Of a DNA stretch of 64,000 nucleotides, positions 49,635 through 59,627 are shown one piece after another; the first letter of the stretch is position 1; each line of letters opens with the position of its first letter. The stretch is from Verrucomicrobiota bacterium (GTDB lineage Bacteria; Verrucomicrobiota; Verrucomicrobiia; Palsa-1439): assembly GCA_016871575.1 (NCBI GenBank), contig VHCW01000004.1, positions 10,938-74,937 of the forward strand, in the 5' to 3' direction. The position numbers were made by a program, and so were the translations under genes. Below the pieces are notes generated by a model, which saw only the letters and a program-made list of their open reading frames with translations, made no database searches and was not told the origin of the DNA.

Positions 49635-51968
49635 TCACGGAAGCGATGCCGGCAAACGGCTGATCTTCTTCATCAGCTCATCGCGCTCAAACAACGCGGC
49701 TTCTTCGCGATGCTTGAGGTAATCGCGCAGGACGGCTTGAAAATACACCACGTGATCGGGACGCTGGTCGAACTTGATTTGACCTTCTTCGTAGTCGCGC
49801 ATGGCATCGCGGTCCGTCGCCAAGCGGTAACGTTTTTGGCGCTCTGCCGGGCCGATGTTCGCTGCGTCTTCCCACGGATTGATCCCTGACGCCGGCCAGC
49901 CGTGCTGCGCACAGAGTTGCACAATCGGCCGCAGGTTGCGGGCCGCAGCGTCGAGATATTCAGCCTTCGCTGCGGCATCGTGAGCGAACAGCAGGCCGTG
50001 CACATATTCGAGGTTCCACGTCAGACCCGCCGTCGCCGGGTGGGGATAACCCCATCCGCCGCCGGGTTGCTGGACGCGCGCCATCCAGTCGTTGAGCGCG
50101 AGGATCGTCGCGCGCAATCGCTGATCGTTCGGCGTGTGAACAAGCAGGTAAGGCAGGGCGTTGGCTGCGTACTGCACAATGTAAGGTTTGACGAAAGGCG
50201 TCTGGTAGCCCGCGGCATCGCTGCCGATGTACAAGTCGTGGCCGACAGCCGGTTTGCCGCTTTCCGTGAAAAGCAGGTCAGCGCCCTGTGTGGGCTGAAA
50301 GGTTTTCCACAACCGGATGGCGTTGTCCAGATGCTTGCGGTCGCCGGTGTATTCGTACATCTTCACCGCGTCGGTGACCACTCCAATGGTCCGCGTATAA
50401 CTTGGTCCCGCGTGCTGGTGGCGCGCGGACCAATCCGCCGCCGCCTCGGCGGCGTGCCGGTAACGCGGGTCGCCCGTCTCCTCGTGCATCAACCAGAAAT
50501 TGCTCCAGCCTTTGTGGACGTAGATCGGCGTGTTGTCGAATCGCGGGTTGAAAGTTCCCGGTCCGTGCGTCGGCTTGTCACGCCACGCGTTTCCCCGGCG
50601 ACAGGCGCCGTAGTACTTCGGGTTCGGCCCCCAATACATTCCCAGGTCAAAATAGTTCCGGCACCAATCGTGCGCCACCGCGCGCATTCTTGGATCGCCC
50701 CCACGAAACCAATCCTCCCAGACATACAACACGTGATTCAGGCGAACAGCCGACCGGTAATTGGGGGTGGTCTGCCGCGGCGACCAACCCCAAGGCATTG
50801 AGCCGAGGTCGTCACCCTTCATCTGCATGTCCTGCAGGGCGAAGACACACTTTTCGACGCAATCACGGAGCGCAGGATGCTCCACCTTCAACGGAGCGCC
50901 GGTTCGGTACACCGCGTCGTACGCGCGCCAATCGGCGTGGCTGTGCACCGGCGCGTCGAGTTGCGCGGCGTACTCCGCCTTGCGCAGCGGCGCAACCGCC
51001 AGTTCGCTGAACCGCCACGCGCCTTCCTGGATCATCAGCCCTTGTGTCGGAAGATTCTTCACCGGCTCGATCCGGCTCGACCGGACAATGACTGCATCGT
51101 TGCTCCGGCTCGCCTCGAATGTCCCCCGGTTCTGGCGCAACGCGAGCGGATTGACGACGCAAGCCGGCGTGCCGTCGCCGAGCGTGAGTTGCGCGAGCAA
51201 GTCCGCGTTGTCCTCATCGGAGAAACGCGAGTTCGGATTGCGTCCCAACAGGCGCGCCGGGTGTTTTGGCAAATTTGGGGACTGCGCGGCGGGCGCGGTC
51301 AGTTTCCAGCCGAAATCCGGCGTCCCATGATCGCCCTTGTTCTTCGCCTGAATCCGATGCGTCAATCGCACTTCGCCGGTGCGATAGACCTGCGCGTCCC
51401 ATTGCCGGTTCCACTGGCTGCCCGCGCGGTCATATCGCAGCCAGGTGAATTGCGGCCCGCAATCGAGAACTTGAACGGTCGTTTCCCCTTGCTCAGGTTC
51501 CGGCCCGAACGGCTCCATGGTTGCCAGGAGAAGATTGTCGGCGCTGCGCAGCTCGACGCGCTTTTTCCCAAGCACCACCTTCCCACGGTCGGTCGCGATG
51601 ACAGACGGAACGCGATCGACCGCTGGCGTTGACGTTTTGCCGGCTCGATAAACGCCGTTCCTGGTGCTGCGCGGTTCCAGACGCGCCGGCACGCTCAACA
51701 TCACACGCCGAATCGAGCCGTCCGGGTGGCGCGTGACGACCTTCGCTTGCACCGGCACAGTCTTGCCGTCGAGCATCACCGCCGCCGGCGGCTGTCCGTC
51801 CAGCCAACCGGCCGGCACGGGAAGCGAAACGCGCGCCACGGTTGTCACGGGCAGCGGCGATGGATTGGAGATGGTGAACTGGATTTCCTTTGCCTTCGCA
51901 GGCAACGAGGCCATCACCAACAACCCCATCACTCCGCCAATCTTCAGCATGACAGACAACCGTTTCAT
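49635..51968 (-). CDS. large secreted protein, probable carbohydrate-active (alpha/alpha)-barrel
   Basis: Signal peptide; N-terminal V.LP.P.G...HPDGSIR beta domain; repeated ETGDPRY / YTGDRKHL helical motifs. Confidence 0.75.
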   Translation of the reverse strand: MKRLSVMLKIGGVMGLLVMASLPAKAKEIQFTISNPSPLPVTTVARVSLPVPAGWLDGQPPAAVMLDGKTVPVQAKVVTRHPDGSIRRVMLSVPARLEPRSTRNGVYRAGKTSTPAVDRVPSVIATDRGKVVLGKKRVELRSADNLLLATMEPFGPEPEQGETTVQVLDCGPQFTWLRYDRAGSQWNRQWDAQVYRTGEVRLTHRIQAKNKGDHGTPDFGWKLTAPAAQSPNLPKHPARLLGRNPNSRFSDEDNADLLAQLTLGDGTPACVVNPLALRQNRGTFEASRSNDAVIVRSSRIEPVKNLPTQGLMIQEGAWRFSELAVAPLRKAEYAAQLDAPVHSHADWRAYDAVYRTGAPLKVEHPALRDCVEKCVFALQDMQMKGDDLGSMPWGWSPRQTTPNYRSAVRLNHVLYVWEDWFRGGDPRMRAVAHDWCRNYFDLGMYWGPNPKYYGACRRGNAWRDKPTHGPGTFNPRFDNTPIYVHKGWSNFWLMHEETGDPRYRHAAEAAADWSARHQHAGPSYTRTIGVVTDAVKMYEYTGDRKHLDNAIRLWKTFQPTQGADLLFTESGKPAVGHDLYIGSDAAGYQTPFVKPYIVQYAANALPYLLVHTPNDQRLRATILALNDWMARVQQPGGGWGYPHPATAGLTWNLEYVHGLLFAHDAAAKAEYLDAAARNLRPIVQLCAQHGWPASGINPWEDAANIGPAERQKRYRLATDRDAMRDYEEGQIKFDQRPDHVVYFQAVLRDYLKHREEAALFERDELMKKISRLPASLP

Positions 51969-51997
51969 ACGACCGTCATGGTATCAGCAATGGATTG

Positions 51998-52138
51998 ACG
52001 ATGACAAGCCGCCGGGTGTCGTGGGAGACCCAAAGATGAACCCGGAAGAATCGGCGATGGCCGAGCCGATTCGCGTGCCCGACACGCTGTTGCGCCGCCG
52101 TTACCGGCAAGGCTGGCAAGTGCGCGGCTTGTCATCGT
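51998..52138. repeat. 141-bp segment bounded by perfect 15-bp inverted repeats
   Basis: ACGATGACAAGCCGC (51998-52012) / GCGGCTTGTCATCGT (52124-52138). Confidence 0.7.
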
Positions 52139-52236
52139 GATTCGGACTCCATGCGTTTGCTGAAGGAATAGCGGTGTTTTCGGGTTCTCGAATTGCATTG
52201 AATGAGTCCTGCCATGATGCCGTCCGAACAAAAGCC

Positions 52237-53463
52237 ATGAAACAGACCCCATCGCTACTGCTGTCGTGCCTCGCACTCTGCCTCACCTCCAACGCCGCCG
52301 AGAACTGGCCGCGCTTCCGCGGCCCGTTGGGCACCGGCCATCACGTGGGCGCGCCGCTGCCCACCCAGTGGACCGCCGACAACATTCTTTGGCGCGTTGA
52401 GTTGAAAGGCGAAGGGCATTCGGCGCCGGTGAATTGGGACCAACGCATCTTCCTCACCGCAGCCCTAGACAAGGGCGCCGTGCGGCTCGTCTTCGCCCTC
52501 GATGCCCGCGATGGGAAATTGCTCTGGGAACAACAAATCCCCTGCGATGCACCGGGCAAGACGCACAAGATGAACAGCTTCGCCACGCCAACCTGTGTCA
52601 CCGACGGCCAGCGCGTGGTGGCCTTCCTCGACAAGGCCGGCATCCACTGTTTCGATCTCAACGGCAAACCGCTTTGGTCGCAAAAGCTGGGGGATTTCCC
52701 CGGCCCGTGGGGCATCTCCGCCTCGCCGGTGTTTTCCGGCAATCTCGTCATCCAGAATTGCGACGCCCAAGGCGCATCATTCATCGTCGCGCTCGACAAA
52801 AACACGGGCAAGATTGTCTGGCGCACACCGCGCGGCGAAAAACCGATGGGCGGCTGGGGCACACCCGTGGAAATCCGCGCCGGCGCGCGCGCCGAACTGA
52901 TTGTCGCCGGCGAACACGGCCTCGACGCCTACGACCCGGCCACCGGCAAATCGCTCTGGTTTTGCAAGGGATTCAACGGGCGCGGCGAGCCGGGACCGGA
53001 GTTTGCCCACGGATTGATTTTCATGTTCAACGGCAAATCCGGCGACATCTACGCCGTCCGCCCCGGCGGCTCCGGCGACGTGAGCGAGACCCATCGCGCG
53101 TGGCAGACGCCGCGTCCCAAGATCCGGGACATCTCCTCGCCGATTGTCGTCGGCGAGTATCTGTTCGGCATTGACATGAAAGGCAGCGCCACGACCTACG
53201 AAGCGCGCACGGGAAAAGTTCTCTGGTCGGAAAAGATTCCCGGCGCCTACTCGGCGTCCCCGTTTGAATCCCGCGGCCTGATTTACATCAACAACGAAGC
53301 CGGCGAGACGCTCGTGATTCGGCCCGGCCCGAAACTCGATTTGGTCTCCCGCAACTCCCTCGGCGAGCGCAAGGGCGAATTGTTCCGCGCATCGTCCGCC
53401 CCGATCAACGGACGGATTTACATCCGCTCCGACCGCGCGTTGTATTGTGTGGGCATCAAGTAA
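52237..53463 (+). CDS. PQQ-binding-like beta-propeller protein
   Basis: Signal peptide, NWPRFRGP, repeated ASP and D..TG...W motifs. Confidence 0.9.
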   Translation: MKQTPSLLLSCLALCLTSNAAENWPRFRGPLGTGHHVGAPLPTQWTADNILWRVELKGEGHSAPVNWDQRIFLTAALDKGAVRLVFALDARDGKLLWEQQIPCDAPGKTHKMNSFATPTCVTDGQRVVAFLDKAGIHCFDLNGKPLWSQKLGDFPGPWGISASPVFSGNLVIQNCDAQGASFIVALDKNTGKIVWRTPRGEKPMGGWGTPVEIRAGARAELIVAGEHGLDAYDPATGKSLWFCKGFNGRGEPGPEFAHGLIFMFNGKSGDIYAVRPGGSGDVSETHRAWQTPRPKIRDISSPIVVGEYLFGIDMKGSATTYEARTGKVLWSEKIPGAYSASPFESRGLIYINNEAGETLVIRPGPKLDLVSRNSLGERKGELFRASSAPINGRIYIRSDRALYCVGIK

Positions 53464-53535
53464 GACGCTTGGTATCATTGCGGCAACCGCAACCGGTGTC
53501 CTGTCGCACGTGGCGCGGTCATTGGGCAACAACTG

Positions 53536-55872
53536 ATGTCATCGCTGCACACAATCATCGTCGCGCTCGTCTTTTTCGTGTCGGGCTTTGCCGCGCTCAT
53601 TTATCAGGTGGCGTGGCAACGGATCCTGGTGGTGTTTGCGGGCGGCGACGTGTTTTCGGTGACGTTGATTGTGACGGCCTTCATGGCCGGGCTGGGTTTT
53701 GGCCATCTGGCGGGAGGCGTCCTCGCGGACCGGCGATCCCGCGTGGCGAGCCTGGCGTTGTTCGCCGTGGCGGAGGCGCTCATCGCGCTTTTCGGTTTCG
53801 CCAGCAAATGGCTGTTGTATGACGTTCTGTATCTTCAGTGGGGACATCTTGCCGGGTCGCGCGCCGTGACATCGCCCGTTCTTTTCGCGTGCCTGGTCTG
53901 GCCGACTTTCTTGATGGGCGTCTCATTGCCGCTGCTCGCGCGGGCCGCCGTCACCGGGTTGACGGATGCGCCGGCCGTCATCGGACGATTCTACGGCGTC
54001 AACGCCCTGGGCGCGGCGCTGGGCGCGCTCGGCGCGACTTGGGCGTTGCTGCCGAACCTCGGAATGGAAGGCAGCCTCCGCGTCGCCGGTTGCCTCAACC
54101 TGTTCTGTGCCGCGGCGATTCTACCCGCCGTGTTCCACCTGCGGCGCGCCGGGCAGGAAGTTGGCCCACCGGAGCCGCTCCGCGCCGGGACAGCCGAGGG
54201 TGATGCGCCGCGCCGACCGCTGCCGATGGGCGCGTGGCTTGCGATTTATGCGTGTTCGGGTTTCATCGCGCTCTCGCTGGAGATCGTCTGGTTCCGGCTG
54301 CTGGGTGTGATGCAGAAATCCACGGCGTTTTCCTTCGGCACCTTGTTGGCGGTGTATCTGGCGGGCGTTGGCATCGGTTCGCTGGCCGGTCTTCGCCCGG
54401 CCCGTCGCAGCCGGCGGCCAACAACCACTTTTCTTCTGTTGCAGGGCGGCATCGGGTTGTACGTCGGGCTGGTCACGTCGTTTGTGCTGGCGGCGGTTGG
54501 CCGGCTCAATGTGTTCCGCGCGTACTTTGACAATTACGAGCCGCTGGATGTCAACGCGGGCTTTGTCGCGCTGGGCCGGTTTTTTCAGGGGTCGGCCAGT
54601 CCGGAGGAATTGACTTTGGCCGGTGTTTTCGCGGCGCTTTATCTTGGGTTGCCGCTGCTTCTGGTGGGACCGCCCACGATTCTGATGGGGCTGAGTTTTC
54701 CGTTCCTGCAAAAAGCGGTCCAGACGGATTTGGCGCAGGTTGGACAGCGGGTCGGCTGGTTGCAGACGGCCAACATTCTCGGCTGCATGATGGGCGCCAT
54801 GCTGACCGGCGTTGGCGCGCTGGCGCTGCTCGGCACGGCGCTTACGTTGCGATGTCTTGTGGCGGGATGCGCTCTGTTTGGACTGGCGGGAATCTGGCGC
54901 GCCATCGGTTCGACACGCCCCCGGCTGGCTGTTGCCCTGCAAGGCGCGCTCGTTGTTGCCGTGGCCGGCTGCGTCTGGTCGTTGCCGAACCGGGAATTGT
55001 TGTGGGCGCGGACGCACGGCACGACGCCCGGCCGCATTCTCGTTGCCGAGGACGGCGCCGGCGTCTCGGTGCTCAAGCCGGATTCCGATGGCCGCTCCAC
55101 CATCGTCTTCGTCAACGGCATCGGACAGAGCTGGATTCCGTATGGCGGAATCCATGCCGCGCTCGGCGCGTTGCCGGCGATGCTGCATCCGAATCCCGTG
55201 GATATTGCGGTGATCGGCCTCGGCTCCGGCGACACGTTGTTCAGTCTCGGCGGACGACCGGAAACCCGGCGACTCGTCTGCATTGAAATCATCGGCGCGC
55301 AACTCGACACGTTGCGCCGACTCGCCCAGACCACTCCCGACCCGGCGCTGCAATTCCTGCTCGATGACCGGCGCATCGAGCACGTCACGGGGGACGGACG
55401 GCTCTATCTCATGCACTCCCCGCACCGGTTTGACATCATCGAGGCCGACGCCCTCCGTCCTTCCAGCGCGCACTCCGGCAATCTCTACTCGGACGCCTAT
55501 TTTCAGTTGCTCCGCAGCCGCCTGAAGCCGGGCGGATTTGCCGTGACATGGTGCCCGACGCGGCGCGTCCTGGAAACATTTGTCCGTGTTTTTCCCCACG
55601 TGCTTGTCTGCGGCGTCATTGGCATTGGCAGCAACGAGCCGATCCCGCTGGAGCCTTCCGTCATCCGGCGGCGTCTCTCCACGCCGTCCATTCAGGATTA
55701 TTACCGGCGCGCCGGCATTGACGTTTCGCAACTTCTCCAGCCGTACCTCAACCCCGAGGCGCGTCCCGTGCTGATCGGTCCCGAATTCAACCGCTCGGCG
55801 TTGACCGACATCAACACCGATTTGTTTCCGAAGGACGAGTTTTCCCTTCCGTCGCTCTGGAAAAACCGGTAG
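53536..55872 (+). CDS. fused membrane (MFS-like) / spermidine-synthase-like protein
   Basis: SGFAALIYQVAW.R repeated as SGFIALSLEIVWFR; IGLGSG, IEI, DGR, FDII, L.PGG. Confidence 0.88.
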   Translation: MSSLHTIIVALVFFVSGFAALIYQVAWQRILVVFAGGDVFSVTLIVTAFMAGLGFGHLAGGVLADRRSRVASLALFAVAEALIALFGFASKWLLYDVLYLQWGHLAGSRAVTSPVLFACLVWPTFLMGVSLPLLARAAVTGLTDAPAVIGRFYGVNALGAALGALGATWALLPNLGMEGSLRVAGCLNLFCAAAILPAVFHLRRAGQEVGPPEPLRAGTAEGDAPRRPLPMGAWLAIYACSGFIALSLEIVWFRLLGVMQKSTAFSFGTLLAVYLAGVGIGSLAGLRPARRSRRPTTTFLLLQGGIGLYVGLVTSFVLAAVGRLNVFRAYFDNYEPLDVNAGFVALGRFFQGSASPEELTLAGVFAALYLGLPLLLVGPPTILMGLSFPFLQKAVQTDLAQVGQRVGWLQTANILGCMMGAMLTGVGALALLGTALTLRCLVAGCALFGLAGIWRAIGSTRPRLAVALQGALVVAVAGCVWSLPNRELLWARTHGTTPGRILVAEDGAGVSVLKPDSDGRSTIVFVNGIGQSWIPYGGIHAALGALPAMLHPNPVDIAVIGLGSGDTLFSLGGRPETRRLVCIEIIGAQLDTLRRLAQTTPDPALQFLLDDRRIEHVTGDGRLYLMHSPHRFDIIEADALRPSSAHSGNLYSDAYFQLLRSRLKPGGFAVTWCPTRRVLETFVRVFPHVLVCGVIGIGSNEPIPLEPSVIRRRLSTPSIQDYYRRAGIDVSQLLQPYLNPEARPVLIGPEFNRSALTDINTDLFPKDEFSLPSLWKNR

Positions 55873-55957
55873 CGGCGCGCGGTGGAGGAATCTGCTTGCG
55901 CCAGCCAACACGAAGGCGTAGCCTCGACGCCGTTGCTTAACAACAGGAGAGCACACC

Positions 55958-57301
55958 ATGACTCGACGTGACTTCGTCCGCACCACGGCGGCAACCACTG
56001 CCGCTCTCACTTGGCTCGGCGCCAAAATCGCCCCCAACGTTTTCGCTGCCGATGCCGGGAAACCCGCCCTGCTCGGCGGCCAACGCGCCCACCCCGGCGG
56101 CTGGCCGAAATGGCCGGATTGGCGGAAAGAATGGGAACCCGAAATCCTCGACATCCTCCGCAGCGGTCGCTGGTCCCGCGCCGGTAGCGGCGGCAAAGTG
56201 CCGGTCTTTGAGGAGGAATGGGCGAAACTGCTCGGCGCGAAGAAAGCGTTGGCCACGGCCAGCGGCACGACCGCGCTCATCACCAGCCTCTATGCGGTCG
56301 GTGTGGATGCCGGCGACGAAGTGATCGTCGCGCCCTACACGTTCATTGCCACCTACAATTCCGTCCTGATCCAGAAAGCGTTGCCCGTGTTCGCCGACAC
56401 CGATCCCGAGACGTTCACCATGGACCCGAAATCCATCGAGAGCCGGATCACCGAGCGCACCAAGGCCATCCTGCCCGTCCACATCTACGGCATGCCGTGC
56501 TACATGGACGAGATCAACGCCATCGCCAAGAAACACAAACTCGCCGTCGTCGAGGACGCCTGCCAGGCGTGGCTCGCCGAGTACAAAGGCCGCAAGTGCG
56601 GCACGCTCGGCGACCTCGGTTGCTTCAGCTTCCAGAACTCCAAGCACATCCCCTCCGGCGAAGGCGGCGCCGTTACCGGCATGAATGAGAAGCTGGTGGA
56701 CAAATGCCATTCCTACCACAATTGCGGGCGTTCCTTCGGCGCCAACACCGGCACCGGCAGCTTCACTCGCGGCAATAACTTCCGGATGCAACATTTCCAA
56801 GCCTCCATCCTCCTCTCGCAGTTCGAGAAGCTGAAGAAGGAAACCGCGCACCGCCAAGCGAATGCCGACTACCTGATCGCCGGGCTGAACGAAATCGGCG
56901 GCATCGCCCCCGCGCGGCTGCCGGAGAAGAGCCGCGCGGTCTGGCATGTGTTCCCGATGCGTTATGACGCGACACAATTCAACGGCCTGACAAAAAGCCA
57001 GTTCATGAAAGCGCTCAGCGCGGAGGGTATTTCCAGTGGCGGCGGCTATCACGAGCAATACAACGACGGTCTGCTCGACGAAGCAATCAACTCGGCCGGC
57101 TACAAACGACTTTGGAACGTCAAGCGCCTGAAAGCCTATCGCGAGAGCTTCAAGGATTTGAAAGGCAACGCCCAAGTCTGCGCCAACATGGTTCGAATCT
57201 CCCAGAACATGCTTTTGGCCGACCGCAGCGCCATGGATCACATCCTCGACGCCATCCGCAAGATCAAAGCTTACAGCGCCGAGTTGGCGAAGAAGGCGTA
57301 G
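55958..57301 (+). CDS. DegT/DnrJ/EryC1/StrS aminotransferase with Tat signal
   Basis: TRRDFV; ASGTTAL, PVHIYG, EDACQA, SFQNSK (PLP lysine), GEGG. Confidence 0.93.
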   Translation: MTRRDFVRTTAATTAALTWLGAKIAPNVFAADAGKPALLGGQRAHPGGWPKWPDWRKEWEPEILDILRSGRWSRAGSGGKVPVFEEEWAKLLGAKKALATASGTTALITSLYAVGVDAGDEVIVAPYTFIATYNSVLIQKALPVFADTDPETFTMDPKSIESRITERTKAILPVHIYGMPCYMDEINAIAKKHKLAVVEDACQAWLAEYKGRKCGTLGDLGCFSFQNSKHIPSGEGGAVTGMNEKLVDKCHSYHNCGRSFGANTGTGSFTRGNNFRMQHFQASILLSQFEKLKKETAHRQANADYLIAGLNEIGGIAPARLPEKSRAVWHVFPMRYDATQFNGLTKSQFMKALSAEGISSGGGYHEQYNDGLLDEAINSAGYKRLWNVKRLKAYRESFKDLKGNAQVCANMVRISQNMLLADRSAMDHILDAIRKIKAYSAELAKKA

Positions 57302-57358
57302 TCATTGTATGAATGCATATCAAGTGATGCTGGCGGCGCTTCTTGTTCTTATAGCATG

Positions 57359-57544
57359 GGACCAACCGTGGTTGGCCAAAACATAGCATTTGAGGTCTCT
57401 GTTGTTTCTTTGGGTGACATCAAGGAGGAATGGCACGCGAAAGCGATGAAAGCCAGACCGTATGTGTCGGCCACGATGACCTACTCCAAGAAATACGAGG
57501 CCAAGTATGCGGTGGATGGGAATCCGCAAACCGAGTGGGTGTAG
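57359..57544 (+). pseudogene. possible fragment of a discoidin/F5-8-like domain gene, lower GC
   Basis: VSATMTYSKKYEAKYAVDGNPQTEW resembles the A.DG...T.W motif; no convincing start. Confidence 0.35.
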
Positions 57545-57641
57545 AAAGGACCGTTCGGAAAGATCTCGTTCAAGATGTCTGCTGCGATCCGTTGTTCGTT
57601 GATTATCGTGGAAGCACGAAGATGGTCGTGATCAACTCCTG

Positions 57642-57843
57642 ACTCTGGACAAGTTTCTCAGATAACCTTGCAGCGCACTTCTGTCGATACATGTCACTGA
57701 CGGGAATCGGTGTTCATCGCAACAAGCAATCCGCCTTCGCTGAAGCTTCGGCGGACAGGCCCGCCAGCGGCGGACAAGTCACGCCACGCGGACAGGTCGG
57801 CGGACACGATGGCGGACAAGACCAGCGTCAGTTTCTGATTCTT
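57642..57843 (+). repeat. cassette-flanking direct repeat, copy 1 (five GCGGACA units in the tail)
   Basis: actctggac...cttctgtcgatacatgtcactgacgggaatcggtgttcatcgc...gcaatccgccttcgctgaagcttcggcggaca...gtcagtttctgattctt. Confidence 0.9.
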
Positions 57844-57895
57844 TTGAGTCTGTCGCCATGCTTGACTCGGTTGATGGAACCGTTATGCTGAAGCC

Positions 57896-58123
57896 GTGAA
57901 GACTGTCGCAAATAGACCGACGCAGCCCGCGCTTCTTGAGCATTTCCGTGCGGCGAAAGCCGCGGATCGGAAACGCGATTGGCGTCGTCTTGCGCGGAAA
58001 GAGGTCACTCCCAAACAGGCGCAAGCTGAGAATGCTCTCTTTGCGCGTTGCGCGAAACTTCAAATTTTGAACTTGGCGGAAACCATGGCCTATTTCCGCC
58101 GCCATCAGCAACGTCGTCCATAG
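57896..58123 (+). CDS. small basic protein, putative antitoxin
   Basis: GTG start 6 nt after TTGACT-16-TATGCT; 75 aa; directly upstream of the NTase-like gene. Confidence 0.7.
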   Translation: MKTVANRPTQPALLEHFRAAKAADRKRDWRRLARKEVTPKQAQAENALFARCAKLQILNLAETMAYFRRHQQRRP

Positions 58124-58140
58124 AACGTGGCGGGAGTGCT

Positions 58141-58917
58141 GTGGCTACGTCCCGTCCCCAAACGAAGATCCAAGATTACCGTTCCATTCTCGCGCTGCCG
58201 GAGGGAGCGAATCTGGTGGTTGTCGGCGGACAAGCAGTGAGTATTTGGGCAGACCGTTATCTGGCCACTGAACCGGAACTACGACCATACTTGCCATTCA
58301 CGAGCAAGGACCTCGATGTGTTGGGTGATTACCTTGACCTCGACCATCTGGCCAAGGCAACCGGTTTCAGGAAAGAATCGGCGCCGCGCAAGTTGTTGAT
58401 TCCATCGGCCGGGTACTTGGAGATTCCGAGAGCGGGAGCGCGACCGATCAAGGTTGAGGTATTGAAGCGAATCCACGGCGTCATGACCACGGAAGCGAAA
58501 GCAACGGCTTTGGTCGTCAAACATGAAGGTCTCCGATTCCGTGTCCTACATCCGGTGATCCTGCTGAAAGCGAAATTGGAAGCGGCGGTTGGTTTGCCGC
58601 AGGACAAACCCGGACTGGAACGTCAGGACGTGCGTCATCTGAAGATCATGCTCTTGTGCGTTCGCGGTTTCTTGCGAGAGCTTATCATGGCGGTCGAAAT
58701 CGACAAGCTTCCCGCCAGAGATTGCCTGAACTTGTTGGAAGGAACAATGGCGTTAGCCATGAACCGATCTGGAGTAAAGGCGCTAAAGAAGCATGGCATT
58801 GACTGGACAAGCGCTCTTCCAATAGCCGCCTTGGAACATGTGACGAGTGCGAAGTTGCAAAACTTCCGGGACAAACGTCTGCCCCGATGGCTAGATGTTC
58901 TCCAGTCGTCGAGGTGA
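58141..58917 (+). CDS. nucleotidyltransferase-fold protein (AbiEii/type IV toxin-like)
   Basis: VVVGGQAV...TSKDLD (GG + DxD), VLHPVILLKAK, RQDVRHL; GGGAG RBS. Confidence 0.75.
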   Translation: MATSRPQTKIQDYRSILALPEGANLVVVGGQAVSIWADRYLATEPELRPYLPFTSKDLDVLGDYLDLDHLAKATGFRKESAPRKLLIPSAGYLEIPRAGARPIKVEVLKRIHGVMTTEAKATALVVKHEGLRFRVLHPVILLKAKLEAAVGLPQDKPGLERQDVRHLKIMLLCVRGFLRELIMAVEIDKLPARDCLNLLEGTMALAMNRSGVKALKKHGIDWTSALPIAALEHVTSAKLQNFRDKRLPRWLDVLQSSR

Positions 58918-58934
58918 CCCGTTGTCAATTCCCC

Positions 58935-59059
58935 ACTCTGGACGGATCTTTCAGGCTACCTTGCGGCGCACTTCTGCCGATGCTTGTCACTGACCGGCAT
59001 CGGTGTTCATCGCAAAGGGCAATCCGCCTTCGCTGAAGCTTCGGCGGACAAGTCGGCGG
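58935..59059 (+). repeat. cassette-flanking direct repeat, copy 2
   Basis: actctggac...cttctgccgatgcttgtcactgaccggcatcggtgttcatcgc...gcaatccgccttcgctgaagcttcggcggacaagtcgg. Confidence 0.9.
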
Positions 59060-59126
59060 CCACGACGATTTTGTTCGAAGCAGAACCAGCTTGTCAACGC
59101 AGGATCAATTGCGCAGGATATGTCCG

Positions 59127-59366
59127 ATGAGATTCGAAGTTGTTGGGAACATTCGTCAAATCGAAGCCATCGCCACCGGTGGAGGAATCCGCATTTTGCG
59201 TTACCTGCGCAAGCAGCATGGGGATGGGCGCTGGCGCAAGTTGAAAGGCGTCGCCGAAGTTCGGCTTCCCAACGGGGCGCTGCGCACAGTGGAGTTGCAT
59301 TGGTACGAAGCTCACGGTATTGGTAAGCGTGACATGAAGATTAAGCGGTATCTGGAAACGCCATGA
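59127..59366 (+). CDS. small basic putative toxin (79 aa)
   Basis: WRKLKG...ELHWYEAHGIG...KIKRY; ATGA coupling to an acidic partner. Confidence 0.8.
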   Translation: MRFEVVGNIRQIEAIATGGGIRILRYLRKQHGDGRWRKLKGVAEVRLPNGALRTVELHWYEAHGIGKRDMKIKRYLETP

Positions 59367-59596
59367 AGACAACCAAACACCAATTTGCTCTTTGTCTGGA
59401 CAACACCGATTACGAGGCCTCATTGATTTGCGGGAAAGTCTATCCGGTCGTCTCCGATCCGAACGCCGCGAAAGATGCGTTGCTGCGAGTGATTGACGAG
59501 GACGGCGAGGACTATCTCTTCCCTGAAGACCTGTTCGCGTTGGTGGATTTCCCGCGTCAGGTGGAAAGAAAATTGCTGGCCCTTGCCAGCGCGTAG
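59363..59596 (+). CDS. small acidic putative antitoxin/immunity protein
   Basis: ASL..GKVY...LRVIDEDGEDYLFP..LF. Confidence 0.8.
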   Translation: MKTTKHQFALCLDNTDYEASLICGKVYPVVSDPNAAKDALLRVIDEDGEDYLFPEDLFALVDFPRQVERKLLALASA

Positions 59597-59627
59597 CCAT
59601 CGGCATTGAATACGGGGTTCTGTAGTC

